Assembly: GCF_003991155.1 (NCBI RefSeq)
Contig: NZ_CP031297.1
DNA length: 64,000 bases
Strand: one strand, 5' to 3'
DNA from: Escherichia coli
Lineage (GTDB): Bacteria > Pseudomonadota > Gammaproteobacteria > Enterobacterales > Enterobacteriaceae
Numbering within the stretch: the first letter of the stretch is position 1; every line of letters begins with the position of its first letter. This document shows positions 1 through 9,232 of the stretch, piece by piece. Both the position numbers and the translations under genes were made by a program. Below the pieces are notes generated by a model, which was not told the origin of the DNA, did no database searches, and saw only the letters and a list, made by a program, of their open reading frames with translations.

Positions 1-1101
1 ATGGACCACCAGCTAGAAAGTATCGACGGAACAATCATGAGCAAGAGAACCAAAGACAAAGACCTGGAGAAACTCGACGTAATCAAAGACTCACCGCAAA
101 TGAGCCTGTTTGAGATCATTGAATCTCCGGCCAAGAAAGACGACTACTCCAACACCATCGAGATCTACGATGCGCTGCCGAAGTACATTTGGGACCAAAA
201 GCGTGAGCATGAAGATTTATCCAACGCTGTAGTGACACGACAATGCACCATCAGAGGCCAGCATTTCACGGTGAAGGTGAAGCCAGCCATCATCGAGAAG
301 GATGACGGAAGAACCGTGCTGATCTACGCGGGACAGCGAGAGGAAATCCTTGAGGATGCTCTACGCAAGCTCGCAGTGAACGGGAAAGGCCATATCATCG
401 AGGGCAAGGCTGGAGTCATGTTCACTCTGTACGAACTCCAGAAAGAGCTCTCGAAGATGGGTCACGGTTACAACCTGAACGAAATCAAGGAAGCAATCCA
501 GGTTTGTCGTGGCGCAACACTCGAATGTATCAGTGATGACGGCGAAGCCTTCATCAGCTCCAGCTTCTTCCCGATGGTGGGACTTACCACCAGAGGTGAG
601 TTTCGCAAGAAAGGCGGGAACGCCAGGTGCTATGTGCAGTTCAACCCGCTGGTAAACGAATCGATCATGAATCTGTCGTTTCGTCAGTACAACTACAAAA
701 TCGGAATGCAAATCCGCTCCCCTCTTGCACGGTACATCTACAAGCGAATGAGCCACTACTGGACTCAAGCATCGCCAGATTCGCCGTACACGCCATCGCT
801 TATCAGCTTCCTGACACAGAGCCCTCGTGAATTGAGCCCACGGATGCCGGAGAACGTCAGAGCTATGAAGCTCGCTCTGGAGGCCCTCATCAAACAAGAG
901 GTCATAAGCGACTACGACGCGAACCAGATCAAGGATGGCCGCAGAGTCATCGACGTGCGGTACGTCATAAGGCCTCATGAGAACTTCGTGAAGCAGGTGA
1001 TGGCGTCCAACAAGCGTAAGCAGCAGACAGAGCTACGGGCCATCAAGCAAGGCATGATCGACCACGACATCATTGATGAACCCCAGCGTAAGGGGAGGTA
1101 G
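1..1101 (+). CDS. putative plasmid replication initiator (Rep); possibly 5'-truncated at window edge
   Basis: 366-aa ORF ending ~120 bp upstream of an iteron array with DnaA boxes and an AT-rich segment; assignment is contextual, no catalytic motif recognised. Confidence 0.4.
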   Translation: MDHQLESIDGTIMSKRTKDKDLEKLDVIKDSPQMSLFEIIESPAKKDDYSNTIEIYDALPKYIWDQKREHEDLSNAVVTRQCTIRGQHFTVKVKPAIIEKDDGRTVLIYAGQREEILEDALRKLAVNGKGHIIEGKAGVMFTLYELQKELSKMGHGYNLNEIKEAIQVCRGATLECISDDGEAFISSSFFPMVGLTTRGEFRKKGGNARCYVQFNPLVNESIMNLSFRQYNYKIGMQIRSPLARYIYKRMSHYWTQASPDSPYTPSLISFLTQSPRELSPRMPENVRAMKLALEALIKQEVISDYDANQIKDGRRVIDVRYVIRPHENFVKQVMASNKRKQQTELRAIKQGMIDHDIIDEPQRKGR

Positions 1102-1140
1102 CCACCAGAAGCTCCCAATACCCCAGGGAAAAGAAAGATA

Positions 1141-1161
1141 GGCGCGTCAGCGCCTTTTTTT
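1141..1161 (+). terminator. rho-independent terminator-like hairpin after Rep ORF
   Basis: GGCGC-GTCA-GCGCC stem-loop followed by T7 run. Confidence 0.55.
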
Positions 1162-1629
1162 ATGCCAGAAGAAAGCGCACAAGGTACGCCCACAAGGAAA
1201 GACCGGAAACGGAATGCCTCCGCATATGGGGGAGCTGCACGGATAGAGCGAACGTGACCCCAGATGCTTCGTGGGCTGAGGCTCGATATATGGGAACGTT
1301 GCACGGTAGTTGCAAGCCGAGTCTCAGTATCGTGCAAGCGTAAGCCACGACGAAGGATAAGTGCCATGCTGCTCCAGTGGTTCCCGTAGAGTGGTTCCCG
1401 TAAGGTATTGATAGTTAAAGGGTGAGGATGTGGGGGACCTGCACGTTATGAGATTTGATATGTGGGTACGTTGCACGAAAGCAGGTTCTGAACCTCTCGA
1501 TATATGGGAACTCTGCACGATTGACGAAGCAGAACAAAGATTGACAGATCAGGACAAACCTAAAAAGGCAGTCAAAATGACTCCAATAGTCCATAAAGTG
1601 ATCGTGCTCACATAAAAAGAGGCCAAAAG

Positions 1630-1638
1630 TTATCCACA
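1630..1638 (+). promoter_or_regulatory. DnaA box TTATCCACA
   Basis: Exact match to consensus DnaA box inside iteron region. Confidence 0.6.
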
Positions 1639-1888
1639 TTTCCTGTGCATAAACGGGGTTTTGGTATGTGGGAGCGCTGCACGATCACATGTGGGTACGC
1701 TGCACGGAGCAAAAAACGACCAAAATTGATATATGGGAACGTTGCACGTTAAGAAGAGAATATATGGGCTGACTGCACGTATAACCTTAGACATGTGGGA
1801 ACACTGCACGAACACCAGTTCTGATATGTGGGAACGCTGCACGAAAGCTCTGTTTTGTAAGGATTTTGTGGAAAAAAAAGGGGTTCCG

Positions 1889-1907
1889 TGTGGATAACAG
1901 TGGATAA
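1889..1907 (-). promoter_or_regulatory. two adjacent DnaA-box-like sites (TGTGGATAA, GTGGATAA)
   Basis: Reverse-complement matches to TTATCCACA, 11 bp apart, within iteron region. Confidence 0.55.
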
Positions 1908-2040
1908 GATCCAAGGGTATGTGGGGGCGTTGCACGGCAACCTATGGGTTCGCTGCACGGCAACCTATGGGTTCGTTGCACGGAATAAATATGAAAATGC
2001 CAGCAATATCAATGCGTTGAATGACAACTCAGAGCGCCTA

Positions 2041-2150
2041 ACCTGTTTTTAACCGCTTTTAATCCTTTATACAAAGATCTAAAGATCTTTATATTTATCC
2101 TTTTGATCGCTGAGCAAAAAATAATCAACACTGTTTTTTAGAGAAAAGTC
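2041..2150. other. AT-rich segment flanking iterons (candidate DNA-unwinding element)
   Basis: Visibly AT-rich with AAAGATCTAAAGATCTTT palindrome containing two GATC sites. Confidence 0.45.
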
Positions 2151-2593
2151 TCGTATGCAAGGCCGAACAGGACGAGTATCACTAACAAGATAAGCATCGA
2201 CAGCACAAAGTAACCAGACTCGTACACCACAGCTTTGATCACAGAAACGACGCTGATCGATCTTCCAGAGATCCTCCCGATGATCCAGTGAAACGCAACG
2301 AACGAACCAAGCCCACAGATCAGCACCACCGCTACGGAGACAAGTGCATGTTCCCTCAGGACAGACTCACTAAGGAAACCATACTGCATCCCCATCAATA
2401 CAAGCCTGCCAATGCCAAACCCCAGACCCAATGCAACAGCTCCACGAACCAGCACAACCTTCAACGACTGGAGCCATGTCAGTTCAAGATCCATCCCCTT
2501 ACGGGAAGACCGACGCACCAGCACCATAGATATGCCCAGCCCCAAAAACACCAAAAAAACAAAATCCAACATTACCACCTCTGCACAAATCAA
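2138..2593 (-). CDS. polytopic inner-membrane protein, unknown function
   Basis: 151-aa ORF with ~4 hydrophobic segments; 4-bp overlap with upstream PAPS-reductase-like gene (operon). Confidence 0.5.
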   Translation of the reverse strand: MICAEVVMLDFVFLVFLGLGISMVLVRRSSRKGMDLELTWLQSLKVVLVRGAVALGLGFGIGRLVLMGMQYGFLSESVLREHALVSVAVVLICGLGSFVAFHWIIGRISGRSISVVSVIKAVVYESGYFVLSMLILLVILVLFGLAYETFL

Positions 2594-3705
2594 TCAGAAC
2601 CACAGGCCTCTCGGCCAAATGCGCCACCAGGGAGAACCCACTTCTGCCCCTCCGGCACAAAAATCGGGAGCGTGTAATCCTCTCTGGATACCTGCTCCAA
2701 TGCCTCAACATCACTAATCTGTATCGGCGCAACAGCAGAACCTAAATCTATTACGTCGATTTTTTTTCTTGATACCGTCACACCAAAGGTTTGTTCATAC
2801 TGAGCAATCTTCCCAGCTCGTTCAGGCCAGTAGTGACGGATAGTGGACCAGATACGCTGTGAGTTGTAGATGCAGGTCATACACGAAGACCGGCTCCAAC
2901 CAAGGCGATAAGGGACTGGGGCCAGAATGCGGTGACGCTCGATTACTTCCCATACCTCTTCCTCAGTCCAATGAAGAACGGGCCTCCAGGCATCAACTAA
3001 CCGTGCAGTCTTCCCATATCTTCTGTCACAGGCATGAGCCTCAAGCTGGTTGTACTTGGATCTGTTTGCACTTTCCTCCCGGCGCTCACCAGTGATGAAA
3101 AGGATCTTCTTCCCCTTGAAGCGCTCCTGGTTATTAAGAGCTCTGCGGCCAACATCGATCTTCAAGGCTGATGAACACCACCTTGTTTGGAGTGATGGCG
3201 ATTGCTGAGGGAAACGAAGGCGTGTACCAGGCTTAGAGCGCTTATGGTCTCTAGGCAGCACCAGAAGCCCCTCAGGCGTCTCTACACGATGGGGGTGGCT
3301 ATAGGCATTGTCTTTGAGCATTTCGCCCTCAAAGCCGCCCTCAAGCCACGAGAAGTACATTGGGACACCCAGTTCTTCCCCGAGCTGACGACAGTAATCA
3401 CGCATGAAGGCCCAATCCATCAACGAACTACCTTCCTGACCATCAACATCATGGTGCCAGAACTCCACCTTTGACTTATCAACACCCATGTCCACCAGCC
3501 GCAAGTACGCAGCAATCGAGTCCTTGCCTCCAGACAGGCAAACAATGATGTGGTCGTACAAACTCAAGTCCACATCCGGCGCTGAGAAGTACGTTGTTCT
3601 ATCGTCACAACGCTGACTGGAAGATATACCGGTAAGAACCGACTCCAGTGATGGCAACACCACCTGGTCATCGAACAAATCTCCTTGGTTTTCTCGTCTC
3701 AACAT
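2590..3705 (-). CDS. PAPS reductase-family / PP-loop ATP pyrophosphatase-like protein
   Basis: 371 aa; PP-loop motif SGGKDS near N-terminus, ~120-aa C-terminal extension. Confidence 0.75.
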   Translation of the reverse strand: MLRRENQGDLFDDQVVLPSLESVLTGISSSQRCDDRTTYFSAPDVDLSLYDHIIVCLSGGKDSIAAYLRLVDMGVDKSKVEFWHHDVDGQEGSSLMDWAFMRDYCRQLGEELGVPMYFSWLEGGFEGEMLKDNAYSHPHRVETPEGLLVLPRDHKRSKPGTRLRFPQQSPSLQTRWCSSALKIDVGRRALNNQERFKGKKILFITGERREESANRSKYNQLEAHACDRRYGKTARLVDAWRPVLHWTEEEVWEVIERHRILAPVPYRLGWSRSSCMTCIYNSQRIWSTIRHYWPERAGKIAQYEQTFGVTVSRKKIDVIDLGSAVAPIQISDVEALEQVSREDYTLPIFVPEGQKWVLPGGAFGREACGSD

Positions 3706-3742
3706 AAGTCGCTCTTTTTTCTTTACTGGGTTGTTTTTATGA

Positions 3743-3772
3743 TTTACAGTATTATAAAATGATGCTGTGAAA
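3743..3772. promoter_or_regulatory. 28-bp palindrome family copy (TTTACAGTATTATAAAATGATGCTGTGAAA)
   Basis: Imperfect inverted repeat in divergent intergenic region; family recurs ~9x. Confidence 0.5.
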
Positions 3773-3935
3773 AGTAAAGTTTTCAGAACGACCAGTCACT
3801 CAGGAGAACTTGATAAGCACCAGAAAGCAATCTAAAGGTGGTTTTTCGGTGAGGTTAGTTCAGGGGCAACCTGTCTTGCTGATTGAAAATCATCAAGAAG
3901 TGGTTTTTTGGTGTGGTTACGGTTTGAGGGGGTGA

Positions 3936-3955
3936 GTATGTGGGAACGTTGCACG
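3936..3955. repeat. isolated iteron copy (TATGTGGGAACGTTGCACGG)
   Basis: Exact iteron consensus ~2 kb from main array, 18 bp upstream of ORF start 3973. Confidence 0.6.
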
Positions 3956-3972
3956 GTTAAAGGGGGCCGCAC

Positions 3973-4581
3973 ATGAAAACGATAAAGCGGTTCATCGTAT
4001 GGGTGAATTACGGTCTTGAGGGTTGGAGCATTTTCGGATCGAGCGATGACTGGGATGAAGCGGTATCCATCCGTTCGGAAGCGATAGACGAATGCAATAT
4101 TGATGAGGAAGACATCATCTTGGCAGAAAACAAAAACGAGCTGGTGGTAAAACCTGCGGCCAAGCAAATGACGGAGTGGCACCGGGAACTGGAAGCCGTC
4201 CTTATGACCTTGGATGACTGCCAGATGGAATGTGACGGCATGACATGGGCAGTAAGCCACCTACTCAATGACGCGGGTGTACCTCATGACTGCATGTATG
4301 GTTTTGTGCGAAACGAACAGACCAAGGACATCGTGACACCGCATTTCTGGGTTGTCCTGGATGATGGGTGGTTGGTGGATCTGAGGCTACGCATGTGGCT
4401 TGGCGATCACGACAACATTCCTCACGGGGTATTCCATCCCGATAACGAGCCAGGATTTTTCTACAAGGGAGACCCCGTTCAAAACCATAAAGGGATGAGA
4501 CTGGGCAAAGCCGTCCTGGACATCATGACCGACGGAAAAATTTCACATGTGAAAGTTCCTGAACGACAAGACGGAGAGTAA
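3973..4581 (+). CDS. hypothetical protein
   Basis: 202-aa ORF with RBS; no recognisable motif. Confidence 0.5.
   Translation: MKTIKRFIVWVNYGLEGWSIFGSSDDWDEAVSIRSEAIDECNIDEEDIILAENKNELVVKPAAKQMTEWHRELEAVLMTLDDCQMECDGMTWAVSHLLNDAGVPHDCMYGFVRNEQTKDIVTPHFWVVLDDGWLVDLRLRMWLGDHDNIPHGVFHPDNEPGFFYKGDPVQNHKGMRLGKAVLDIMTDGKISHVKVPERQDGE
4540..4555. promoter_or_regulatory. parS-like palindrome TTTCACATGTGAAA (family copy, imperfect flanks)
   Basis: Core palindrome inside 3' end of ORF 3973..4581. Confidence 0.5.
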
Positions 4582-4585
4582 TAGC

Positions 4586-5107
4586 GTGGAATTTGATTAC
4601 GACAAGTCAGTATCAAACGCACATCTTGAGGCCGCAGGCTGGGGTATGGATGCCTTTAATCACTCCAACCCATTTGAGAGCCATGTCATCTATGTGCGTG
4701 ACTACCGCAACGATCACATCCGCCTGTTCACCATCAAGAAGGCTGACTTCGACACGATAAAGCTGCCGCTTCACCTTACCTCCGACATGCTGGCTTCGGT
4801 GATCGCTGAGTTCGTATCGAAGGCAGCAAAAGGGAAGTTGAATACGAAGGAGTCCGATACGCTGGCTCCTGCCTTGGTTGGCTATGCCAAATCAACAGAA
4901 ACCTACCGGAGCTGGCGGAGAGTGTCTGGAACAACAGAGCGATTGCATATGGTCATCAATATCTACGCGGGTTCTGGATTGCTGAGACCTTTCATCGCTC
5001 GGGCTCCTGAGACCGTCCTGACGACCCAAGAGCTACTGGTCTTCTCATCACAGGTTAAGAACATGGATGTATCCAATCATCCAGAGTGGTTTAGGGGCCT
5101 GAGGTAG
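4586..5107 (+). CDS. hypothetical protein (GTG start)
   Basis: 173-aa ORF. Confidence 0.45.
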   Translation: MEFDYDKSVSNAHLEAAGWGMDAFNHSNPFESHVIYVRDYRNDHIRLFTIKKADFDTIKLPLHLTSDMLASVIAEFVSKAAKGKLNTKESDTLAPALVGYAKSTETYRSWRRVSGTTERLHMVINIYAGSGLLRPFIARAPETVLTTQELLVFSSQVKNMDVSNHPEWFRGLR

Positions 5108-5109
5108 TC

Positions 5110-5631
5110 ATGAAGGCAGTTCTCTGGATATTCGTCCTTATCATTGCACCTTTCGTCATTGCGAAAGTGGACCAGTGGCGCAAACGCGGCATTGGAGACA
5201 CCTGGGCGTGGTGGAAATCAGAGAACATGCCTTATGAGCTGCGCTCGGCCACTCTGTTTTTATCCGAACAGGACATATCAACCACACAGCCGGTGCCCAT
5301 GCACGGCAGGGTTGATCAGGTGTACAAAGCCAAGAATGGGGTTCTCATTCCCTTGGACACCAAGCTGCGCCAGGTAAACCACATCTATGAGTCGGACATT
5401 ATCCAGCTCTCGGTTTACCGGGTAATTCTGTCACACAAGTACAAGGCACCCGTTGCCAAGTACGGCTATGTCCGAACCGTTGTTGAGACAGCGGACGGGG
5501 ATAGAGTCCGTTACATCAAGACAAACCTTCTCAGCGAAAAAGAAGTGGTCAAGTTGTGGCACCGCTATCAATCCATCCGTTCTGGTCAGGTAAAAACCTC
5601 CTGTTCCTGTGGCGGAAAGTTTCACATGTGA
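5110..5631 (+). CDS. hypothetical protein with N-terminal TM helix
   Basis: 173-aa ORF, RBS GAGG upstream. Confidence 0.5.
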   Translation: MKAVLWIFVLIIAPFVIAKVDQWRKRGIGDTWAWWKSENMPYELRSATLFLSEQDISTTQPVPMHGRVDQVYKAKNGVLIPLDTKLRQVNHIYESDIIQLSVYRVILSHKYKAPVAKYGYVRTVVETADGDRVRYIKTNLLSEKEVVKLWHRYQSIRSGQVKTSCSCGGKFHM

Positions 5632-5635
5632 AAGT
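5618..5635. promoter_or_regulatory. parS-like 18-bp palindrome AGTTTCACATGTGAAAGT
   Basis: Overlaps stop codon of ORF 5110..5631. Confidence 0.5.
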
Positions 5636-5727
5636 TCTGGATTGAATTAGGGTTGCCCGAATTGGGCAGCTAGGCGGGGTTGCATTTTTGAAAAGTCCTG
5701 TACGCTGGTTGGTATAGGAGGTGAATA

Positions 5728-6201
5728 GTGGCCCAGCTTAAACATAACCGCTTCGTCATGTTGGGGTCCTTGGTAGCGACGGTCGTAGCTGCTGCGAATG
5801 GCTTGAGTTTTCTCACCCTTATGGCTGGTGGAATGACCCTTATCCAGTTCATGGCTTGGAAGCAACAAGATGCTGTCCGTAGCCGGTTTAAAGCTGCGAA
5901 GGATGCGTTTGAAGCGTTGAACGTTATTGCGTTCGACAAGCACTGGGTAGGTTCAACCGCGACGGTCGCCAAAGTGTCGAACATGATCACTCCGCCCGAA
6001 CGACTGGATAAGCCCTGGGCGGTGCAAGTTCTGGCCGTAACCAAAGGTGGGACGTGGTTCGCAGTGGATCTGCAAGTGACCGGCACTGACAAGGTTCAGA
6101 TGCTTAGCCTCCACCAGCTTAGTGAAAAGGCGGCAAAGACCATGCTGGCCTTCGACCTCGAAGTGTATGAAAAATTTTTCGGAAAACCTGATGTTGCATG
6201 A
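5728..6201 (+). CDS. hypothetical membrane protein (GTG start)
   Basis: 157 aa, hydrophobic N-terminal segments, RBS AGGAGG. Confidence 0.45.
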   Translation: MAQLKHNRFVMLGSLVATVVAAANGLSFLTLMAGGMTLIQFMAWKQQDAVRSRFKAAKDAFEALNVIAFDKHWVGSTATVAKVSNMITPPERLDKPWAVQVLAVTKGGTWFAVDLQVTGTDKVQMLSLHQLSEKAAKTMLAFDLEVYEKFFGKPDVA

Positions 6202-6505
6202 GGACAATGTGATGGAAAAAGTCAAAAGCGTAGATGCCGTGGAGTTCACGGCAGCAGATAAGAAGGCGATGACCCATGCGGCATACGCCCAGTGTTTCTT
6301 CATTCTGGCCCAAGTGATGGCATTCCCTTCCCTAGGGGTGGCTGGCGCTATGGTTGCTGCTCTGTGCGGCATGATGCCGTGGTTGACCAAGTTCGCCAAA
6401 GAGGCTCCATCGAAAGCCTTTGGCATGGTGATGGCTTCACTCTGCCTTGCTCCTGTGTACGGGAAACTCTGTGAGCTGGTGGTCCACGCGATTCAGGGAG
6501 CTTGA
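6191..6505 (+). CDS. hypothetical membrane protein
   Basis: ~104 aa from internal ATG of ORF 6122..6505; hydrophobic. Confidence 0.35.
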   Translation: MLHEDNVMEKVKSVDAVEFTAADKKAMTHAAYAQCFFILAQVMAFPSLGVAGAMVAALCGMMPWLTKFAKEAPSKAFGMVMASLCLAPVYGKLCELVVHAIQGA

Positions 6506-6509
6506 GCTT

Positions 6510-7364
6510 ATGGGGGTAGTACGAGTTCCCTACCTCTTGGCTGAGCTGAAAGAACGCGGATGTGCTGATGAATCTGCTCTGGCGCAGGTTATGCAGCCTG
6601 GATGCCGAATTGGAGAGGAAGACCTACGGAAGTTGGCCGCAAATTTAGGGCTTGAAGTTTCTGAGCTGGCACCAGCGCCAGAGAACGCGGCCAACACCCG
6701 GTTCAAAGCAAAGCTGAGAGGAGGTTTGGCCTCCTTTCTTTTTGAGTACGACGGCTGTTTCCGACATGCCGAAGGCTCCAGCCATGCAGAAATGTTGGGT
6801 ATCGAGCAAGAAGACGATATTGGTCTTCCGAGTCGAGCTGCTGACGCCATGCTCCTGGAAAAGATGCTTTACCAGGTAATCGCTCGGGCTAAGTACATGC
6901 TCGGCAAAATCGACAGCAAGTTTGTCAGGTCAGAACAAGCAATCGAGTTCCGTGAGCAACTTGCTCCTGGGATCTTCAGGCCAGGGTACAGAGGTTTCCG
7001 ATTCAAGGAGGCTGCCGCTGGTGATTTGCCTACAGTCATGATTGACGGTCGGAAGTTCAATTGCGTTGCCAGTATAGCCAGAGCGCATGGACTTGATCCG
7101 GTAACGGTGCGTAGGCGCATTGCGGACACAAGGAAGGCCGCAGACAAACTCTCCAATGATGAGTGGAAACTCATCCTCGCCAAGAAAAAAGGTAAAGGGA
7201 AACCCTTCACCTATCTGGACAGGACCTACAGCAACATTGCCCAGTTCTGTCGTGAGCATCAGCTCAACACCAACCTTGTTTACCAGAAAGTCAAAGACCG
7301 GGCTGATAGCGCTGATGAAGAGTTCTGGGGACAGATAATCGAAACATGCAAAAGGAAAGACTAA
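6510..7364 (+). CDS. hypothetical protein
   Basis: ~284 aa from ATG 6510 of ORF 6447..7364. Confidence 0.45.
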   Translation: MGVVRVPYLLAELKERGCADESALAQVMQPGCRIGEEDLRKLAANLGLEVSELAPAPENAANTRFKAKLRGGLASFLFEYDGCFRHAEGSSHAEMLGIEQEDDIGLPSRAADAMLLEKMLYQVIARAKYMLGKIDSKFVRSEQAIEFREQLAPGIFRPGYRGFRFKEAAAGDLPTVMIDGRKFNCVASIARAHGLDPVTVRRRIADTRKAADKLSNDEWKLILAKKKGKGKPFTYLDRTYSNIAQFCREHQLNTNLVYQKVKDRADSADEEFWGQIIETCKRKD

Positions 7365-8323
7365 TGGCAGAAAACAAAGAGATCCCCTGGGAGAAAGAGC
7401 TCATTGAGAAGTACATGTTCACCCTGCATAAAGAGCAGGTGAAAGACCGGCGCTGGCGGACCATGTTGCGTGTGCTTCGCGCATCAGGTTTCGTGCTTCT
7501 CATGATCGGCTTCATCATTTTGGCATCTAATCCGGGTGGGATGCCGTGGCAAAGCGCCAAGGCTGGAGCCCCTCACACCGCGTATATCAACATCCGTGGT
7601 GAAATTGCTGCTGGCACACTGGCCGATGCTGATCACCTTATCCCGTCCATCCAAGCAGCATTCGACAACCCGAATTCACAAGCTGTCGTGCTTCGCATAA
7701 ACAGCCCTGGCGGTAGCCCGGTTCAAGCAGGACGGATTTATGAAGAAGTGAAGGCGCAGCGAGCCCTTCATCCGGAGAAAAAGGTCTACGCCATCATTGA
7801 TGACATCGGTGCCTCTGGCGGTTATTACATCGCCTCTGCTGCGGATGAAATCTATGCTGACCGCGCCAGTCTTGTCGGTTCTATCGGCGTCATTAGCTCA
7901 GGGTTTGGATTCACCGGCTTGATGGACAGGCTCGGCATCGAGCGCCGGGCAATCACTTCCGGAGAGCACAAAGCGCTTCTCGACCCATTCTCCCCTCTTA
8001 CCTCTGATATGAAGAAATTCTGGGAGGGCGTTCTATCGAAAACCCACCAGCAGTTCATCGAACGAGTGAAGGCTGGGCGGGGTGATCGACTGAAAGACGC
8101 CCCAGAGGTGTTTTCTGGATTGCTCTGGAACGGGGAGCAGGCCAAAGAAATTGGGCTGATTGATGGCCTGGGGAGTTTGAACTCCGTGGCGCGAGACGTC
8201 ATCCACCAGAGCAACTTGGTGGACTACACACCAACCGAAGACATCATCCGGCGACTGACCCAACGAGCGAAGCTCGAAGCCAGTTCCTTCGTGCAAGAAC
8301 TCAGCGCTGTGAAAGTTTACTGA
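7346..8323 (+). CDS. S49-family peptidase (SppA-like, signal peptide peptidase)
   Basis: 325 aa; TM anchor then IDDIGASGGYYIASAAD serine-nucleophile region typical of SppA/ClpP-fold S49. Confidence 0.8.
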   Translation: MQKERLMAENKEIPWEKELIEKYMFTLHKEQVKDRRWRTMLRVLRASGFVLLMIGFIILASNPGGMPWQSAKAGAPHTAYINIRGEIAAGTLADADHLIPSIQAAFDNPNSQAVVLRINSPGGSPVQAGRIYEEVKAQRALHPEKKVYAIIDDIGASGGYYIASAADEIYADRASLVGSIGVISSGFGFTGLMDRLGIERRAITSGEHKALLDPFSPLTSDMKKFWEGVLSKTHQQFIERVKAGRGDRLKDAPEVFSGLLWNGEQAKEIGLIDGLGSLNSVARDVIHQSNLVDYTPTEDIIRRLTQRAKLEASSFVQELSAVKVY

Positions 8324-8338
8324 TAGGAGCAGTTTGAC

Positions 8339-9199
8339 ATGACAGAACAAAGTACCAAATCACTACGTCTCGGGGTTTTTGCCGCCATTATTTTGGGGCT
8401 CGTAGGAACCGGGTTCGGAATCTACCAGCTCGTGAAAGAGAAGGATCTGGCGCAAGAGATCGCCAACGTGAAGTCCACGGTCAACCAGGTGAAAGATGCC
8501 GAAGGCGTCACCTTCAAAAGCAAGGCAGAGTTTGAGGCTGCTGTGGCCGAAAGCATCAATAAGTTTGTCGCGCAGAAACAACAAGCCGACATCGATCAGA
8601 AGTATGCCCAGTTCGAGGCGGCACCTGAAAAGGTCGAAGACGGCAAACACATCTATGGGGACCTTGGTGCCCGATTCACGCTGGTGGAGTTCTCTGATAT
8701 GGAGTGCCCCTTCTGTAAGCAATTCCACGACACGCCCAAGCAAATTGTGGATGCCAGTAAAGGCAATGTGAATTGGCAGTGGAAGCACATGCCTCTCGAC
8801 TTCCATAACCCGGCAGCTCACAAGGAAGCGTTGGCCGCTGAATGTATTGCTGAACAGAAGGGCAACCGTGGCTTCTGGGTCTTCGTGAATGAGATTTTCC
8901 ATCACAGCAAAGGCAACGGTGCCGGTGTTTCTGACTTGGCCTCTGTTGTCACGGGTGTTGGTGCTGATCTGGATGCTTTCCGTGAGTGTCTCAGCTCTGG
9001 CAAGCACGAAGATAAAGTTCAAGCTGACATCCAGAAAGCCAAGAGTTACGGCGTTAATGGTACTCCAGCAACCTTTGTTGTAGACAACCAGACAGGCAAG
9101 AGTCAGCTACTCGGTGGTGCTCAACCGGCACAAGCCATCATGGCGGTGATGCGAAAAATGATGATTGAGTCGCAACAAGACGACTCAGCGAACCAATAA
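8339..9199 (+). CDS. DsbA-like thiol:disulfide oxidoreductase, membrane-anchored
   Basis: 286 aa; N-terminal TM, CPFC active-site motif in thioredoxin-like domain. Confidence 0.75.
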   Translation: MTEQSTKSLRLGVFAAIILGLVGTGFGIYQLVKEKDLAQEIANVKSTVNQVKDAEGVTFKSKAEFEAAVAESINKFVAQKQQADIDQKYAQFEAAPEKVEDGKHIYGDLGARFTLVEFSDMECPFCKQFHDTPKQIVDASKGNVNWQWKHMPLDFHNPAAHKEALAAECIAEQKGNRGFWVFVNEIFHHSKGNGAGVSDLASVVTGVGADLDAFRECLSSGKHEDKVQADIQKAKSYGVNGTPATFVVDNQTGKSQLLGGAQPAQAIMAVMRKMMIESQQDDSANQ

Positions 9200-9201
9200 A
9201 A

Positions 9202-9219
9202 ACTTTCACATGTGAAAGT
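9202..9219. promoter_or_regulatory. parS-like 18-bp perfect palindrome ACTTTCACATGTGAAAGT
   Basis: Exact; 14 bp upstream of ORF 9233. Confidence 0.6.
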
Positions 9220-9232
9220 GGAGTGAGAACTG

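Larger units (their letters stand above)
1224..1982. repeat. iteron array, ~14 direct repeats, consensus TATGTGGGAACGYTGCACG (candidate oriV)
   Basis: Copies read at ~1224,1286,1426,1457,1498,1664,1688,1729,1761,1791,1824,1917,1942,1964; several spaced 22-25 bp apart. Confidence 0.75.

Noticed and set aside
361-978. 205-aa minus-strand ORF inside the putative rep gene
   Set aside because: Fully antisense to a longer ORF with better context; typical shadow ORF.
1286-1306. Iteron core TGGGAACGTTGCACG as a possible sigma-54 (-24/-12) promoter
   Set aside because: GG-to-GC spacing is about 8 nt rather than the 10 nt required for sigma-54 promoters; occurrence in tandem arrays fits iterons better.
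1224-1982. Repeat array that could superficially resemble a CRISPR array
   Set aside because: Repeats are ~19 bp, imperfect and irregularly spaced with variable short intervening sequence; no cas genes nearby; DnaA boxes and the AT-rich flank fit an iteron origin instead.
2288-2732. Plus-strand ORFs (129, 101 aa) and a minus-strand 77-aa ORF overlapping the membrane and PAPS-reductase genes
   Set aside because: Low-complexity translations antisense or out of frame to the better-supported operon.
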